From Candidatus Woesearchaeota archaeon (GTDB taxonomy: Archaea > Nanobdellota > Nanobdellia > Woesearchaeales > JAGVYU01): a DNA stretch of 49,954 nucleotides. Location: NCBI GenBank assembly GCA_018303105.1, contig JAGVYU010000019.1, positions 1-49,954 on the forward strand, written 5' to 3'. The position numbers and the translations under genes are program-made. The notes beneath the pieces are model-generated. The model did not search any database. It saw nothing but the letters and a program-made list of their open reading frames with translations, and had not been told where the DNA came from. Within the stretch, counting starts at the first letter, position 1. Each line of letters begins with the position of its first letter. Below are positions 35,144 through 43,684 of this stretch, one piece after another.

Positions 35144-35421
35144 GAAAGCTGTTTTTCGTAATGATACATGAGTGGTCGAGTGCCGATTGTACTGATGTCG
35201 ACTGTGGCTCTTTTTAGATGATCGTCAATAAGCACATTAACGCTATACCAAGGATTGCTTTGTATTATGACTTGGAGCTTTATCCCGCGATGCAATACCC
35301 CGTCGACCTCTATCATCTCTTCTCTACCATGGTCGCGCGCGTACGTGATTATATCCTCCCGTATCTTTTCATCCTTGTCGCCGTGAAAGATGCGATCGCA
35401 GAGGCTTCTGAGAGTATTCAT
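35140..35421 (-). CDS. hypothetical protein
   Basis: 93-aa ORF. Its stop overlaps the nreA ATG (ATGA). Confidence 0.4.
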   Translation of the reverse strand: MNTLRSLCDRIFHGDKDEKIREDIITYARDHGREEMIEVDGVLHRGIKLQVIIQSNPWYSVNVLIDDHLKRATVDISTIGTRPLMYHYEKQLS

Positions 35422-35456
35422 CTTGAGAGGGAAGTGAGCAATCTATAAATAATTTC

Positions 35457-36170
35457 TCAGTCTGTAAGCATGAATGAGATCGCAGGGAGTCCTGGATAAG
35501 TTCCCCGCGCTTCCGTTTTTCTGTATATCTTGGGAAGGCTCTCGATCTTTGAAGCTTGCAATCCGGCAAGGATGCTCACAGCTGTGGGGGTCATCATTTC
35601 ACGGTTATACTGGGATGACTTTTGCCACACGAATCCCTGCTCTTTGAGAATGTGCTCCGTTGCGGGAGCCGGCACGGGAAACGTACCGTGCGAAAATGTC
35701 ACGGTCCCATTGCCCACATTAAGATATCCAAGGTATAAGACTTCCGTTATGCCCATCTCCTCTAATCCGGATATGACTCCCATCGTATCTATGAGTATAT
35801 CCTGCGCTTCATGCAGCACGGCTTCGCCGTGGTTTTTCAGGAGAGGATGATGCGCGTGCACATAACGCTCCGCTTTGCATAGCACGGTGAGAATCGCTCT
35901 TGCTTTTTCCTGGTAGTGAGGCGAATGCCCTTGCAGCGCGCTTGTTAATAGCCTAAATGCCTCATGTTCGTGCAAGTGCGGGTCATTTTTCGTCAATTGG
36001 ATGCTCATCCTCCAGACATTGTCTTCGCGCATAGCGTCAACAGTCGCTTTTCCTAAAAGTCCCGCAGCCCTGCGCATGGACGGCACGACGGATGCCGCTC
36101 CTAATCCGATAAGTCCGGCGCAGAAGATATCCCCCGCAAGCCCGTTCCGCGTATCGATAATAAGCCTCAT
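35457..36170 (-). CDS. larC: LarC-like (DUF111) nickel-insertion protein, N-terminal LarC1-type domain only
   Basis: IIDTRNGLAGDIFCAGLIGLG…, …VLHEAQDILIDTMGV…, …HGTFPVPAPATEHIL…MMTPTAVSILAGL follow the DUF111 pattern. 237 aa. Confidence 0.6.
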   Translation of the reverse strand: MRLIIDTRNGLAGDIFCAGLIGLGAASVVPSMRRAAGLLGKATVDAMREDNVWRMSIQLTKNDPHLHEHEAFRLLTSALQGHSPHYQEKARAILTVLCKAERYVHAHHPLLKNHGEAVLHEAQDILIDTMGVISGLEEMGITEVLYLGYLNVGNGTVTFSHGTFPVPAPATEHILKEQGFVWQKSSQYNREMMTPTAVSILAGLQASKIESLPKIYRKTEARGTYPGLPAISFMLTD

Positions 36171-37163
36171 TTAAGAGCCGACGGAGCGGAAATATAATAA
36201 AATTTCGAAAATGATGAGCAAAACGATCATAAGCTCTAGGAGGATGTTATAATCCTCCGATATTTTTGCGGAGACCATGTTGTAGATGTCCTCAATGACC
36301 GCAAGCCGTTTTTCAATAGAAGTTCTCCATTTGTCGAGATATAATTTCTGGCTGATGAGGCCATAGAGTTTTCCCGTATACCAATCTCCGAATAATCTGA
36401 GGCTTTTGTCAATTGCCTCAAGGTCGCCGTAGCGCTCCGTTCTGATTTGGATGATGCGATTGAGCAACTGCTTTGACCGCATAAACCTTCGAATGCCGCG
36501 AATATCCACAAATCCGCTCACTTCCTCAACTTCCTGCGCGATTTGCCCATCGAGAATTCTCAGGTTCAGTAATTGAATGTTCGCGATTTCAATAATTGCT
36601 TTGCTTTCCGTGTAATTGCCCTCTTTATCAAGCACAAATGCTCCGTCCCAATCAACCACCACAAGGTCTTCATTCGTGTATCGTATCTGGTTTTTCATGC
36701 TTTCCTGGACTTCGGTCTCCGTAAACGTGTACGGCTCATTCTTCATGAGCGAGACCATCTTCTCCCTGTTTTTCTCTATGAAGGAGTCCACGGTTTTGAA
36801 GTCTTTCACGCAAAAAAACACGTATTCCTCTATTGCATCTGCGGGATCATACGCTTTTGCAATCTTGATGCATTCATCATCGAGCTCATCGCGCAGCTTC
36901 GAGACAAATCCCAAATCAAATTCAGTGTCTTCCACTCGTGCCTCAATAACGATATTCTTGTCTGAGAACGATTTCACCTTAAACTCAACATCATTTCCAG
37001 AGATTTGCTTGGTTACCTTTTGCAGCAGGTCATATTTGGGAAAGTACTCCTCATAATTCGGAGCTCGTTTCTTCGGGACTATGGCCTCATCCTTTCTCCT
37101 TCGCTTCTTCTCAATCGCTTTTTTGTATGCGATCGTATACGTATAGATGAGTGTTCCGCGCAT
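36171..37163 (-). CDS. hypothetical protein with C-terminal transmembrane anchor
   Basis: 330-aa ORF ending in LLELMIVLLIIFEILLYF. It abuts the larC-like start with no gap. Confidence 0.5.
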   Translation of the reverse strand: MRGTLIYTYTIAYKKAIEKKRRRKDEAIVPKKRAPNYEEYFPKYDLLQKVTKQISGNDVEFKVKSFSDKNIVIEARVEDTEFDLGFVSKLRDELDDECIKIAKAYDPADAIEEYVFFCVKDFKTVDSFIEKNREKMVSLMKNEPYTFTETEVQESMKNQIRYTNEDLVVVDWDGAFVLDKEGNYTESKAIIEIANIQLLNLRILDGQIAQEVEEVSGFVDIRGIRRFMRSKQLLNRIIQIRTERYGDLEAIDKSLRLFGDWYTGKLYGLISQKLYLDKWRTSIEKRLAVIEDIYNMVSAKISEDYNILLELMIVLLIIFEILLYFRSVGS

Positions 37164-37315
37164 GCACTTTTAGAAGGGTGTAGCCTTAATATAGCTTCCG
37201 AAGTGGCTACTTGGAGCTCAATAGCGCCCATATGTATGGAATTATGAGTCAATAAGCCTTATTCTCAGAACATAAAACGAGGCAGTTTATAAAGCATTAT
37301 ACACTCTCATTTAGT

Positions 37316-37729
37316 ATGACAAACCCACGATTAGAGTGTGCTGTATCCCATTGTCATAGCTTTGCTGAAACGGGTATGCTCGATGAAGCCCGTGTTGAAT
37401 TAGAAACTGCTCAAGATCTGCTCCAGGATGAAATTGAACGAACGGGAAAGGAGAACCTTGAAACTCATCTTTTGATGCCCGAGCTTAATCTGCCAAGAGT
37501 TACCCCTGATGAATCTTTTGCAGCATTTGAGACAGCAGCATATCGTCTAGGTGTGGAAAATGCATTTGGATATGCCCAGCACTTTTATGAGCGAGGCGAT
37601 AATAAAGCGGCTCGCGGCTGGCTTTCGTATGCGAAAACGCTTGCAAAGAAGAATGGAATGAATATTGGATCAAGAGTCAGGGAAATAAAAGCGCAGTATG
37701 GAGACAAAACGCGGTTTCTGGGATTTTAA
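37316..37729 (+). CDS. hypothetical protein
   Basis: 137-aa ORF. The TATA gtttataaag lies upstream. Confidence 0.45.
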   Translation: MTNPRLECAVSHCHSFAETGMLDEARVELETAQDLLQDEIERTGKENLETHLLMPELNLPRVTPDESFAAFETAAYRLGVENAFGYAQHFYERGDNKAARGWLSYAKTLAKKNGMNIGSRVREIKAQYGDKTRFLGF

Positions 37730-37733
37730 CGCA

Positions 37734-38213
37734 TCAATGACAAACCTTTAACCCCTTCTTCGCCAAATATTGCTGATGATATTCTTCAGCCCGATAAAAT
37801 GGGGCTTCTAGCACAATTCCTGTAGCAACTGGCTTTGAGATTGTTTTCTGCACTTCCGCTTTTACTTTTTCAGCAATCTTTTTCTGCTCGACAGAATGAT
37901 AGAAGACTGCGGAGCGATATTGCGTTCCGTGATCCGGACCTTGCCTGTTCATTTGCGTCGGATCATGCATCTTGAAAAAATGCTGCACAAGTATCTCATA
38001 TGCAATGATTTGTGGATCAAACGTAACTTCAACAGCTTCCGCATGCCCCGTTGTATCTGTACAGACTTCATGATACGAAGGATCTTTTGTTTCTCCGCCC
38101 GTGTAACCCACACGAGTTGAAATCACGCCTTTCATCTGTCTAAACGAGTCTTCTACACCCCAGAAGCAGCCTGCGGCGAACGTCGCTTTTTCGTGTTTTT
38201 TTGTTTCTTTCAT
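37734..38213 (-). CDS. msrA: peptide-methionine (S)-S-oxide reductase
   Basis: ATFAAGCFWGVE active-site motif and …GYTGG…YHEVC…. Confidence 0.9.
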   Translation of the reverse strand: MKETKKHEKATFAAGCFWGVEDSFRQMKGVISTRVGYTGGETKDPSYHEVCTDTTGHAEAVEVTFDPQIIAYEILVQHFFKMHDPTQMNRQGPDHGTQYRSAVFYHSVEQKKIAEKVKAEVQKTISKPVATGIVLEAPFYRAEEYHQQYLAKKGLKVCH

Positions 38214-38308
38214 ATCCCACCGTAAAAGCCAGGCATATAAATACGTTTTCCCAAATTAAGCCGGAATTTAGGAAACACATAAATACTGCCATTTTTTGCT
38301 GTTTAATA

Positions 38309-38821
38309 ATGCCTGCCAAAGAAATCTCTCTCGACAACGCCAAACAAGACAAACTCTTCTACTTCGTCGCGAATGTCGTCGTATATCGCGAAAGCGATGG
38401 CCGTTGTTTAATCCTTAAAAGAGACCCGCGCGAGAAAGTCCATCCGGGAAAATATGCAGTCCCGGGAGGAAAGCTCGAATGGTCGAATCTTGATCTCAGA
38501 AAACCGACGCGCATGAACGGAGAAGTGTTTGACTTTGAAGACGCGGTCGAAGGTTTATTGGCAAGGGAAGTGCACGAGGAAGCAGGCATAACAATTCATC
38601 CTGCATTGCAGTATATCAACAGCATCGCGTTTGTGAGACCTGACGGCATCCCCGTCATCATGGTCAAATTTGCCGCGAAGTACAATTCAGGATCCGTCAT
38701 TCTGGAAGAAGGCGGCTTCACAGATTATGCCTGGGTGAATGCTGAAGAAGTCAAGAAATACGATTGCATTCTTGGTGTGAAGGAAGAAGTGAAGAAGACA
38801 ATAACCTTGTTTTTCACATAG
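38309..38821 (+). CDS. NUDIX hydrolase
   Basis: Nudix box GGKLEW…LAREVHEEAGI. The start is moved to ATG 38309, about 24 nt after cataaatac. Confidence 0.75.
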   Translation: MPAKEISLDNAKQDKLFYFVANVVVYRESDGRCLILKRDPREKVHPGKYAVPGGKLEWSNLDLRKPTRMNGEVFDFEDAVEGLLAREVHEEAGITIHPALQYINSIAFVRPDGIPVIMVKFAAKYNSGSVILEEGGFTDYAWVNAEEVKKYDCILGVKEEVKKTITLFFT

Positions 38822-38932
38822 GCAGATATCCTGTCCTTTACCTGTTGACTTTGTTTGTCTGCAATTTATACATCCTAATTACTTATATTATACACGCTAA
38901 ACCATTATAAACGCCCGAGCAAGTGCCAGAAC

Positions 38933-40036
38933 ATGAATGTTCTGCTTCCAAAAGCTCCCTCTCTGGGCATTTCAACCATCCAAACCAGGGTGAGAGAGAC
39001 GCTTTCGCGTTATTCCTTTCACAGGAAGAGAGTCCTTCTACTGTGCGAAGACCAGACTCGAAACGCTCCCGCTAATGTTGTCTATCCCCTGATTGAAGAG
39101 GCAGTGCACGCTGACTCCCCGCTTGAGTTCCGCGTTCTGTTCGCTACGGGAATGCACCGGCCGCTGACGGGAAGCGAAGTCAGTCGCAAGCTCTCCATAC
39201 TTCCTGCTAGTTGGCAATCGCATGATCCTCGCTTGACAAGAAATGACGTTAATCCACTCGTGGAGCGTGCCGATGTTATCATCGGTATTAGTACCACGGC
39301 CCCCCATGCGGTAGCGGGGTTTAGCGGGGGTGCAAAGTTATTGTGTCCTGGTGTCAGTAGCAGGAGACTTGTGATGTACACGCATCAGAGTGCGAGCTCA
39401 ACATCCATTGGCAAATCGAGTAATGGGGCGCGCCAATTCATTGACAACTTGGAAGCAGAACTCGATCGCGAAAAAATATCGTTAAATTTTGTAATGAATG
39501 ACGGCGAGCCGATTGCGCTGTGCGCGGGGACTTTCCCGGATGCGCACAAGGGAGCTGTGTCCTATAGTTGTTTATACCACATTCAGCGCTTACCCCGCTT
39601 AGACGGTGTGATTGCGCATGTTCCCCCCCGGTATAGTGATGTTTGGCAGGCGATTAAAGCAGTTTATCACACGCAAAGTGTCGTGCGCGACCATGGAACC
39701 CTCGTAATCACAGGAAAGTTCAGTGAGGGGCTAGGGCCGCTGCGGCAATATTTAGTGAGCGGATATGCCAAGATCATGGCGCCCCTATTGCCCTATATCC
39801 CGTCATGGGTGCATCCTTCCCTCGCAGCCAGTCAAAGGATGATACGCGGCGTGACAGACAGAATTAATGTATATATTTGCTCAGATGAGCTGCATGGATG
39901 CGAATGGAAGTTTCTCAGGCGCTTTCACGTTTACCGCATGTGTGCCGGAGAGATTGAGCAAATGAGGACACAACCGCACTATGAGCTTCATGATGCAATC
40001 AACCGGGCGCTCCTCGCCAAAGAGAATGCACAATAA
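38933..40036 (+). CDS. larA: LarA-family protein (DUF2088, nickel-pincer-dependent racemase/epimerase-like)
   Basis: LLCEDQTRNAP, FATGMHRP and HAVAGFSGGAKLLCPG correspond to the LarA DxTR / ATGxHR / GfSGG motifs. Confidence 0.6.
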   Translation: MNVLLPKAPSLGISTIQTRVRETLSRYSFHRKRVLLLCEDQTRNAPANVVYPLIEEAVHADSPLEFRVLFATGMHRPLTGSEVSRKLSILPASWQSHDPRLTRNDVNPLVERADVIIGISTTAPHAVAGFSGGAKLLCPGVSSRRLVMYTHQSASSTSIGKSSNGARQFIDNLEAELDREKISLNFVMNDGEPIALCAGTFPDAHKGAVSYSCLYHIQRLPRLDGVIAHVPPRYSDVWQAIKAVYHTQSVVRDHGTLVITGKFSEGLGPLRQYLVSGYAKIMAPLLPYIPSWVHPSLAASQRMIRGVTDRINVYICSDELHGCEWKFLRRFHVYRMCAGEIEQMRTQPHYELHDAINRALLAKENAQ

Positions 40037-40103
40037 ATCAATTGTGCTGTAGAATCAAGGATTTCTGAAACCCTCTGCTAACTTTGTGTGTCTTTTTGAT
40101 TCC

Positions 40104-40184
40104 AGAAGCTAACTGAAAGTAGATTGCATCCTTGGCGTGAAGGAAGAAATTGAGAAGACGATAAAGTTATTCTCACGCGATTAG
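40104..40184 (+). pseudogene. remnant copy of the NUDIX gene 3' end
   Basis: 40122-40175 matches 38762-38816 at about 44 of 54 positions by eye. It translates to …EAN*K*DCILGVKEEIEKTIKLFSRD*, compared with AEEVKKYDCILGVKEEVKKTITLFFT* in the intact gene. Confidence 0.6.
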
Positions 40185-40898
40185 TTTTTGTTCAATGGGA
40201 AGCGAGAGTTGGTAGGGAGCAAGCGCAACTTCTGGGACATTTGTATAATTAGTAATAATCAATTGGGAAAGTGTGCGGAGTGGTCTTTCAGGATGGATCT
40301 CAGCAATCCCCATCAATACAGAGAGCGCGGTGACACACCCAATTCCAAAATTCATGGCGGGGTGAGGATTCATGAATACTTCAGACGCTATTCCTGCAAT
40401 ACAACCCGTCATAGTCGCAAGGCCCAGATATATTGGGCCGAAAACCGGCTCAAGAAGTATGGAGAGCACTGAATCATGTTCGTCTGGATCAAGAGGGTCA
40501 ACGGTGCCTTTGTGCCGTCTCCGCAGGATATCGAATGATCGATACATGCGTCCCAGATATCTTGGTAGTACAAGCTTCTCTACGAATTTAATTTCGCTTA
40601 TTTGTTTCGTTGTGAAATGATCCGAAGCATGAAAAACAGACCAACGAGTCCCGTTGCACGTCCTCTCGATATCCGTCACATAGCTGTATACTCTCTGCAG
40701 GAGATCTTGGTAGTCTTGCGCAATCTCCCGGATCTCTCCTGAAGCGTATTCGACCGACCATCCTGCGCAGATTTCCTCAATCTGCTCTGCGTAATGTATC
40801 TTATCCGTTTCGGTTCTCATTTTTTTTCTGTAATCCTCCAATTCATCTACCCTTGAGAAGTCTGTGTGAAATCGTGCGATTGTTTCTAGCGATGCCAT
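40173..40898 (-). CDS. hypothetical membrane protein
   Basis: The start is moved to ATG 40898 (MASLETI…), 18 nt after tttttaaatcaa. The C-terminal half has hydrophobic segments. Confidence 0.5.
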   Translation of the reverse strand: MASLETIARFHTDFSRVDELEDYRKKMRTETDKIHYAEQIEEICAGWSVEYASGEIREIAQDYQDLLQRVYSYVTDIERTCNGTRWSVFHASDHFTTKQISEIKFVEKLVLPRYLGRMYRSFDILRRRHKGTVDPLDPDEHDSVLSILLEPVFGPIYLGLATMTGCIAGIASEVFMNPHPAMNFGIGCVTALSVLMGIAEIHPERPLRTLSQLIITNYTNVPEVALAPYQLSLPIEQKLIA

Positions 40899-41011
40899 GT
40901 TTAACCTAAGTCTGCGTTGATTTAAAAATACCAACTATGCTCAGTTTCTCCTTGGGATACATATATCCTCACCATAACCTTTATATAGTTTATAATGTTT
41001 ATAACATTTAT

Positions 41012-41218
41012 ATGAACACCACCATAGCCATCTCCGGCGAATTGAAAGAGAAACTGCGCAACCTAGGGCGAGCAGGGGAATCATACGAGGACATCCTTCA
41101 ACGCATGTATGAAGCCACGAAAGGCCAGCTCCTCATGAAGTATTTATACGATGAATCCGACGCTGTTCCCATTGACAAGGCCATAGCGGAAGCTCGCAAA
41201 CGATGGCCAAAGTCGTAA
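41012..41218 (+). CDS. small antitoxin-like protein
   Basis: MNTTIAISGELKEKLRNLGRAGESYEDILQRMYE… resembles archaeal antitoxins. It overlaps the downstream toxin-like ORF by 16 nt. Confidence 0.5.
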   Translation: MNTTIAISGELKEKLRNLGRAGESYEDILQRMYEATKGQLLMKYLYDESDAVPIDKAIAEARKRWPKS

Positions 41219-41550
41219 TCACGAGAGCGCTCCAGGAAGAAGTGCTGAGTCGCTTCAAAGCTCTCGCGCAAGATATCTTTCTGAGCATGAAATCATTAGA
41301 AGAGAATCCCCATAAAGGAAAGGCTATTGGTCACGTAGGCGGGATTGTCATCAAGGAAATCAAATATGAAAAATACAGATTCTATTGTATCACGGATGGT
41401 CATGTGCTTAAGTTTGGATCGGCAGACGAACTCGCGGTCTTGCTCATTAAGTTCGTGCGCATGTCAGAGAAAAAGGATCAGCAGAAAATCATTGGAGAAA
41501 TCAAAAATATCTTAAGATCAATGGGTTTTGAAAAGTTTGGTGACAGATAA
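41203..41550 (+). CDS. RelE/ParE-like toxin (tentative)
   Basis: …LEENPHKGKAIGHVGGIVIKEIKYEKYRFYCITDGHVLKF… is a RelE-like core pattern, and the gene is positioned after an antitoxin-like ORF. Confidence 0.45.
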   Translation: MAKVVITRALQEEVLSRFKALAQDIFLSMKSLEENPHKGKAIGHVGGIVIKEIKYEKYRFYCITDGHVLKFGSADELAVLLIKFVRMSEKKDQQKIIGEIKNILRSMGFEKFGDR

Positions 41551-41598
41551 GTCTGCTTGTAATAAAAATAAAAACCCTTGCCATACATTGCTTAGTTG

Positions 41599-42252
41599 TC
41601 ACATCAGCAGTTCCTCTAATACCGGTTTCTCAACAGACCCATCTTGTGGGAAAGCGTCATTCAAAAATTCTTCAACTTCACGAGATAAAGGAGTTCCCCC
41701 ATGATCTTCACCAAATCCCCCATCTCTGTCTAAATGAAGATGGGTTATATCCAGGCAAGGTTCAAAGTACCTTCTTACAAATGGATATGTTCTTGTGTCA
41801 ATAAAGTCAAAATAAAAATGAACTGCTTTAATGTCCGAATCACTTTCCTTAAAATGTTTTGTGACCTCTCTGCTGTTCGTTACTGCTACTCTGCCCGTGT
41901 AATCTTCAACATAAAACCCTCCACCTTCAGAAACGCTTCCCTTCACCCTTGTTATTCTACAACTGGAACCAAATAAACCGAAAGCATTGCGCACTTCCCA
42001 AGGGGGACCAAAAGAGCGCATAAATGAATTAACAATCCCTCTTGTTTCATTTTCAACCACGGTTTGATAATTCTCCACGACATCTGCAACAGTATTAAAC
42101 TCATAAACTCTAAAACCATTCAGTTGTCTCTTTACGTAACCTAAAAAACGAGAAGGCCTGCCATGATAACCATTTAACCTCATCATTTCCTCAGGGCCGT
42201 TCACGCATGCTTCGATATACTCTCTTCTGTATTCCTCGGTTATGTCTCTCAT
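41599..42252 (-). CDS. hypothetical protein
   Basis: 217-aa ORF. A TATA (gattaaaatac on the minus strand) lies 24-34 nt upstream. Confidence 0.5.
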   Translation of the reverse strand: MRDITEEYRREYIEACVNGPEEMMRLNGYHGRPSRFLGYVKRQLNGFRVYEFNTVADVVENYQTVVENETRGIVNSFMRSFGPPWEVRNAFGLFGSSCRITRVKGSVSEGGGFYVEDYTGRVAVTNSREVTKHFKESDSDIKAVHFYFDFIDTRTYPFVRRYFEPCLDITHLHLDRDGGFGEDHGGTPLSREVEEFLNDAFPQDGSVEKPVLEELLM

Positions 42253-42309
42253 AAATGGATTTAATTCCTTGTTTGTATTTTAATCTTTGGCTTATGAAGA
42301 ATATAAACT

Positions 42310-42367
42310 ATGCCCCCGCCGATGTCAAAAATCAGAGATTTTAACTGTCGGTGACATTACTTCGCAA
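42310..42367. repeat. repeat A: copy of the tRNA-Glu 3' end (atgcccccgccg) plus a roughly 47-nt hairpin/T-run trailer
   Basis: atgcccccgccga + aaaatc-aga-gatttt hairpin + cattacttcgcaa. It is homologous to repeat B (about 75% identity by eye). Confidence 0.6.
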
Positions 42368-42402
42368 CGCCGTGTAAGATACTGGAACGGCATTCGAAAC
42401 CT

Positions 42403-42990
42403 CTAACGTTTCACCTTAAACATTTTTCCGTGACCGGGAATGACATAATCTGCCATTTCTAAAATTCTTTTACGAGACTCGATTAATTTGTCCATGTCCA
42501 TTCCTTTTGCTTGTGAATGGTCTTTTTGACTAATGTTGAATACTTGTTTTTCTCCGTCAAGCCACCAGATAACATCACCAGCAATTGCGATCTTGCCTTT
42601 CGGAGTATTTACAATGAGTGAGAGGTGCTCCTCCACATGTCCAGGAGTCTCAATAATCTCTATGTCCTTTCCCAATGCATGCTTGTCAAATTCCAGCAAT
42701 AGATCCTTGTCATAGATCAAGTTAGTATCAAATGTAATGAACTTTGCGTTCTCAAATATCCCCGCTAGTAAAACGTGATCGGGATGGCGATGGGATAAGA
42801 AAACATAGTTAATCTCTGTGGTGGTTAAGCCTTCTTTGTTTAGTGCTGCTAATAATCTTTCACGATTGCAACCGGGGTCAGTAATTATTTTTTTATCTTC
42901 CGTTGTAATCAAACAGGCAGTAGAGCTTGCCACCCAACCCTTCGCAAGTTGCTTTGCATATCCTTCGACTAAAACTTTTACTTCAGCCAT
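42403..42990 (-). CDS. MBL-fold metallo-hydrolase
   Basis: HRHPDH (HxHxDH) motif and the downstream TPGH and GH motifs. Confidence 0.8.
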   Translation of the reverse strand: MAEVKVLVEGYAKQLAKGWVASSTACLITTEDKKIITDPGCNRERLLAALNKEGLTTTEINYVFLSHRHPDHVLLAGIFENAKFITFDTNLIYDKDLLLEFDKHALGKDIEIIETPGHVEEHLSLIVNTPKGKIAIAGDVIWWLDGEKQVFNISQKDHSQAKGMDMDKLIESRKRILEMADYVIPGHGKMFKVKR

Positions 42991-43038
42991 AAATAACGAC
43001 CTTAATTGTACTTGTTTCTTTTACTTATTTAACAGGTA

Positions 43039-43099
43039 ATGCCCCCGCCGACAATAAAAATCTCACGATTTTTAAGCCGTCGGGTTCATTGCTACGCAA
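43039..43099. repeat. repeat B: second copy of the tRNA-Glu 3' end plus trailer, abutting the tRNA-Glu gene
   Basis: atgcccccgccga + ccgac…aaaaatc-tcac-gattttt…gtcgg + cattgctacgcaa. It is followed immediately by the genuine tRNA 3' end tgcccccgccg at 43100. Confidence 0.6.
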
Positions 43100-43277
43100 T
43101 GCCCCCGCCGGGATTTGAACCCGGGTCAAAGCCTCTCTCCACTGGGAGCTTGAGCGCGAAGCGCGAAACTCCCGAATTTTGGTCAAGCTTTTGCGAACGC
43201 AAAAGATTGTGCGAGAGGGCTTTATGATTGTTCCCGTTGGAGATGCAATCCCCAATGCCGGACTACACTACAGGGGC
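43100..43277 (-). tRNA. tRNA-Glu(CUC) with two introns: D-loop (43231-43256, 26 nt) and canonical 37/38 (43135-43211, 77 nt)
   Basis: Acceptor stem GCCCCTG/CGGGGGC. D region GTGTAGTCCGGC|CAATCAT is typical of archaeal tRNA-Glu. Anticodon arm AAGCC-CTCTCG|A-GGCTT. T-arm CCGGG-TTCAAAT-CCCGG. Both introns fit a BHB. For the D-loop intron, TCCG pairs with CGGG, with bulges GC|A and AA|C. For the 37/38 intron, CTCT pairs with GGAG, with bulges CG|C and AG|A. Confidence 0.8.
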
Positions 43278-43291
43278 ATTTTTGAATTTGA

Positions 43292-43675
43292 TTATGCCGT
43301 TCTTTTTAAAGGTGATTGATATCCCGGATCGAGGCGTTCAATCTCCACATCCACATGCCTGCCACTTGGAGCATGCGCTTCAATAATGATAGTGTGAAGG
43401 TCAACCTCTGTTTTCAAATGCGATGGCAGCATATGCGCCTGCACGGGGTGTGTTTCTGTGTGGAACGGAAATAATCCTTCGATCCTCTGGGAACTAAAGA
43501 AAATTCCTCCCGTGAGATTGTCTAATCCCGTTCTTGATGTTGCGACGACAAACCGCGGCTTCCCGTTGTCATATTGCACAGTATACGGGCCGACAGGCGC
43601 GTGCATCGCTCGCATGTACGCGATAAATCGGTCCGTTGCTTCGTCTGATGTCATGGGCATTGTTCTCACCTTCAT
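43292..43675 (-). CDS. hypothetical protein located between two tRNA genes
   Basis: The tracked ORF start at 43717 lies inside tRNA-Met. I moved it to MKVRTMPMTSDE… (43675, or alternatively 43660). Confidence 0.4.
   Translation of the reverse strand: MKVRTMPMTSDEATDRFIAYMRAMHAPVGPYTVQYDNGKPRFVVATSRTGLDNLTGGIFFSSQRIEGLFPFHTETHPVQAHMLPSHLKTEVDLHTIIIEAHAPSGRHVDVEIERLDPGYQSPLKRTA
43303..43310 (-). promoter_or_regulatory. TATA box for tRNA-Glu (inside the 3' end of the upstream ORF)
   Basis: The minus strand reads TTTAAAAA 26 nt upstream of the tRNA 5' end. Confidence 0.45.
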
Positions 43676-43684
43676 TAGTGTGAA

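Noticed and set aside
43039-43211. Possible relationship between the tRNA-Glu trailer repeats and the intron module (shared TTGCG…GCAA mini-hairpin and GCTT…AAAAAT(T)CG(G/T)GAG)
   Set aside because: The matches are short and gapped and sit in A/T-rich sequence. They are too weak to claim by eye. A covariance-model test is worthwhile, but I do not report this as a finding.
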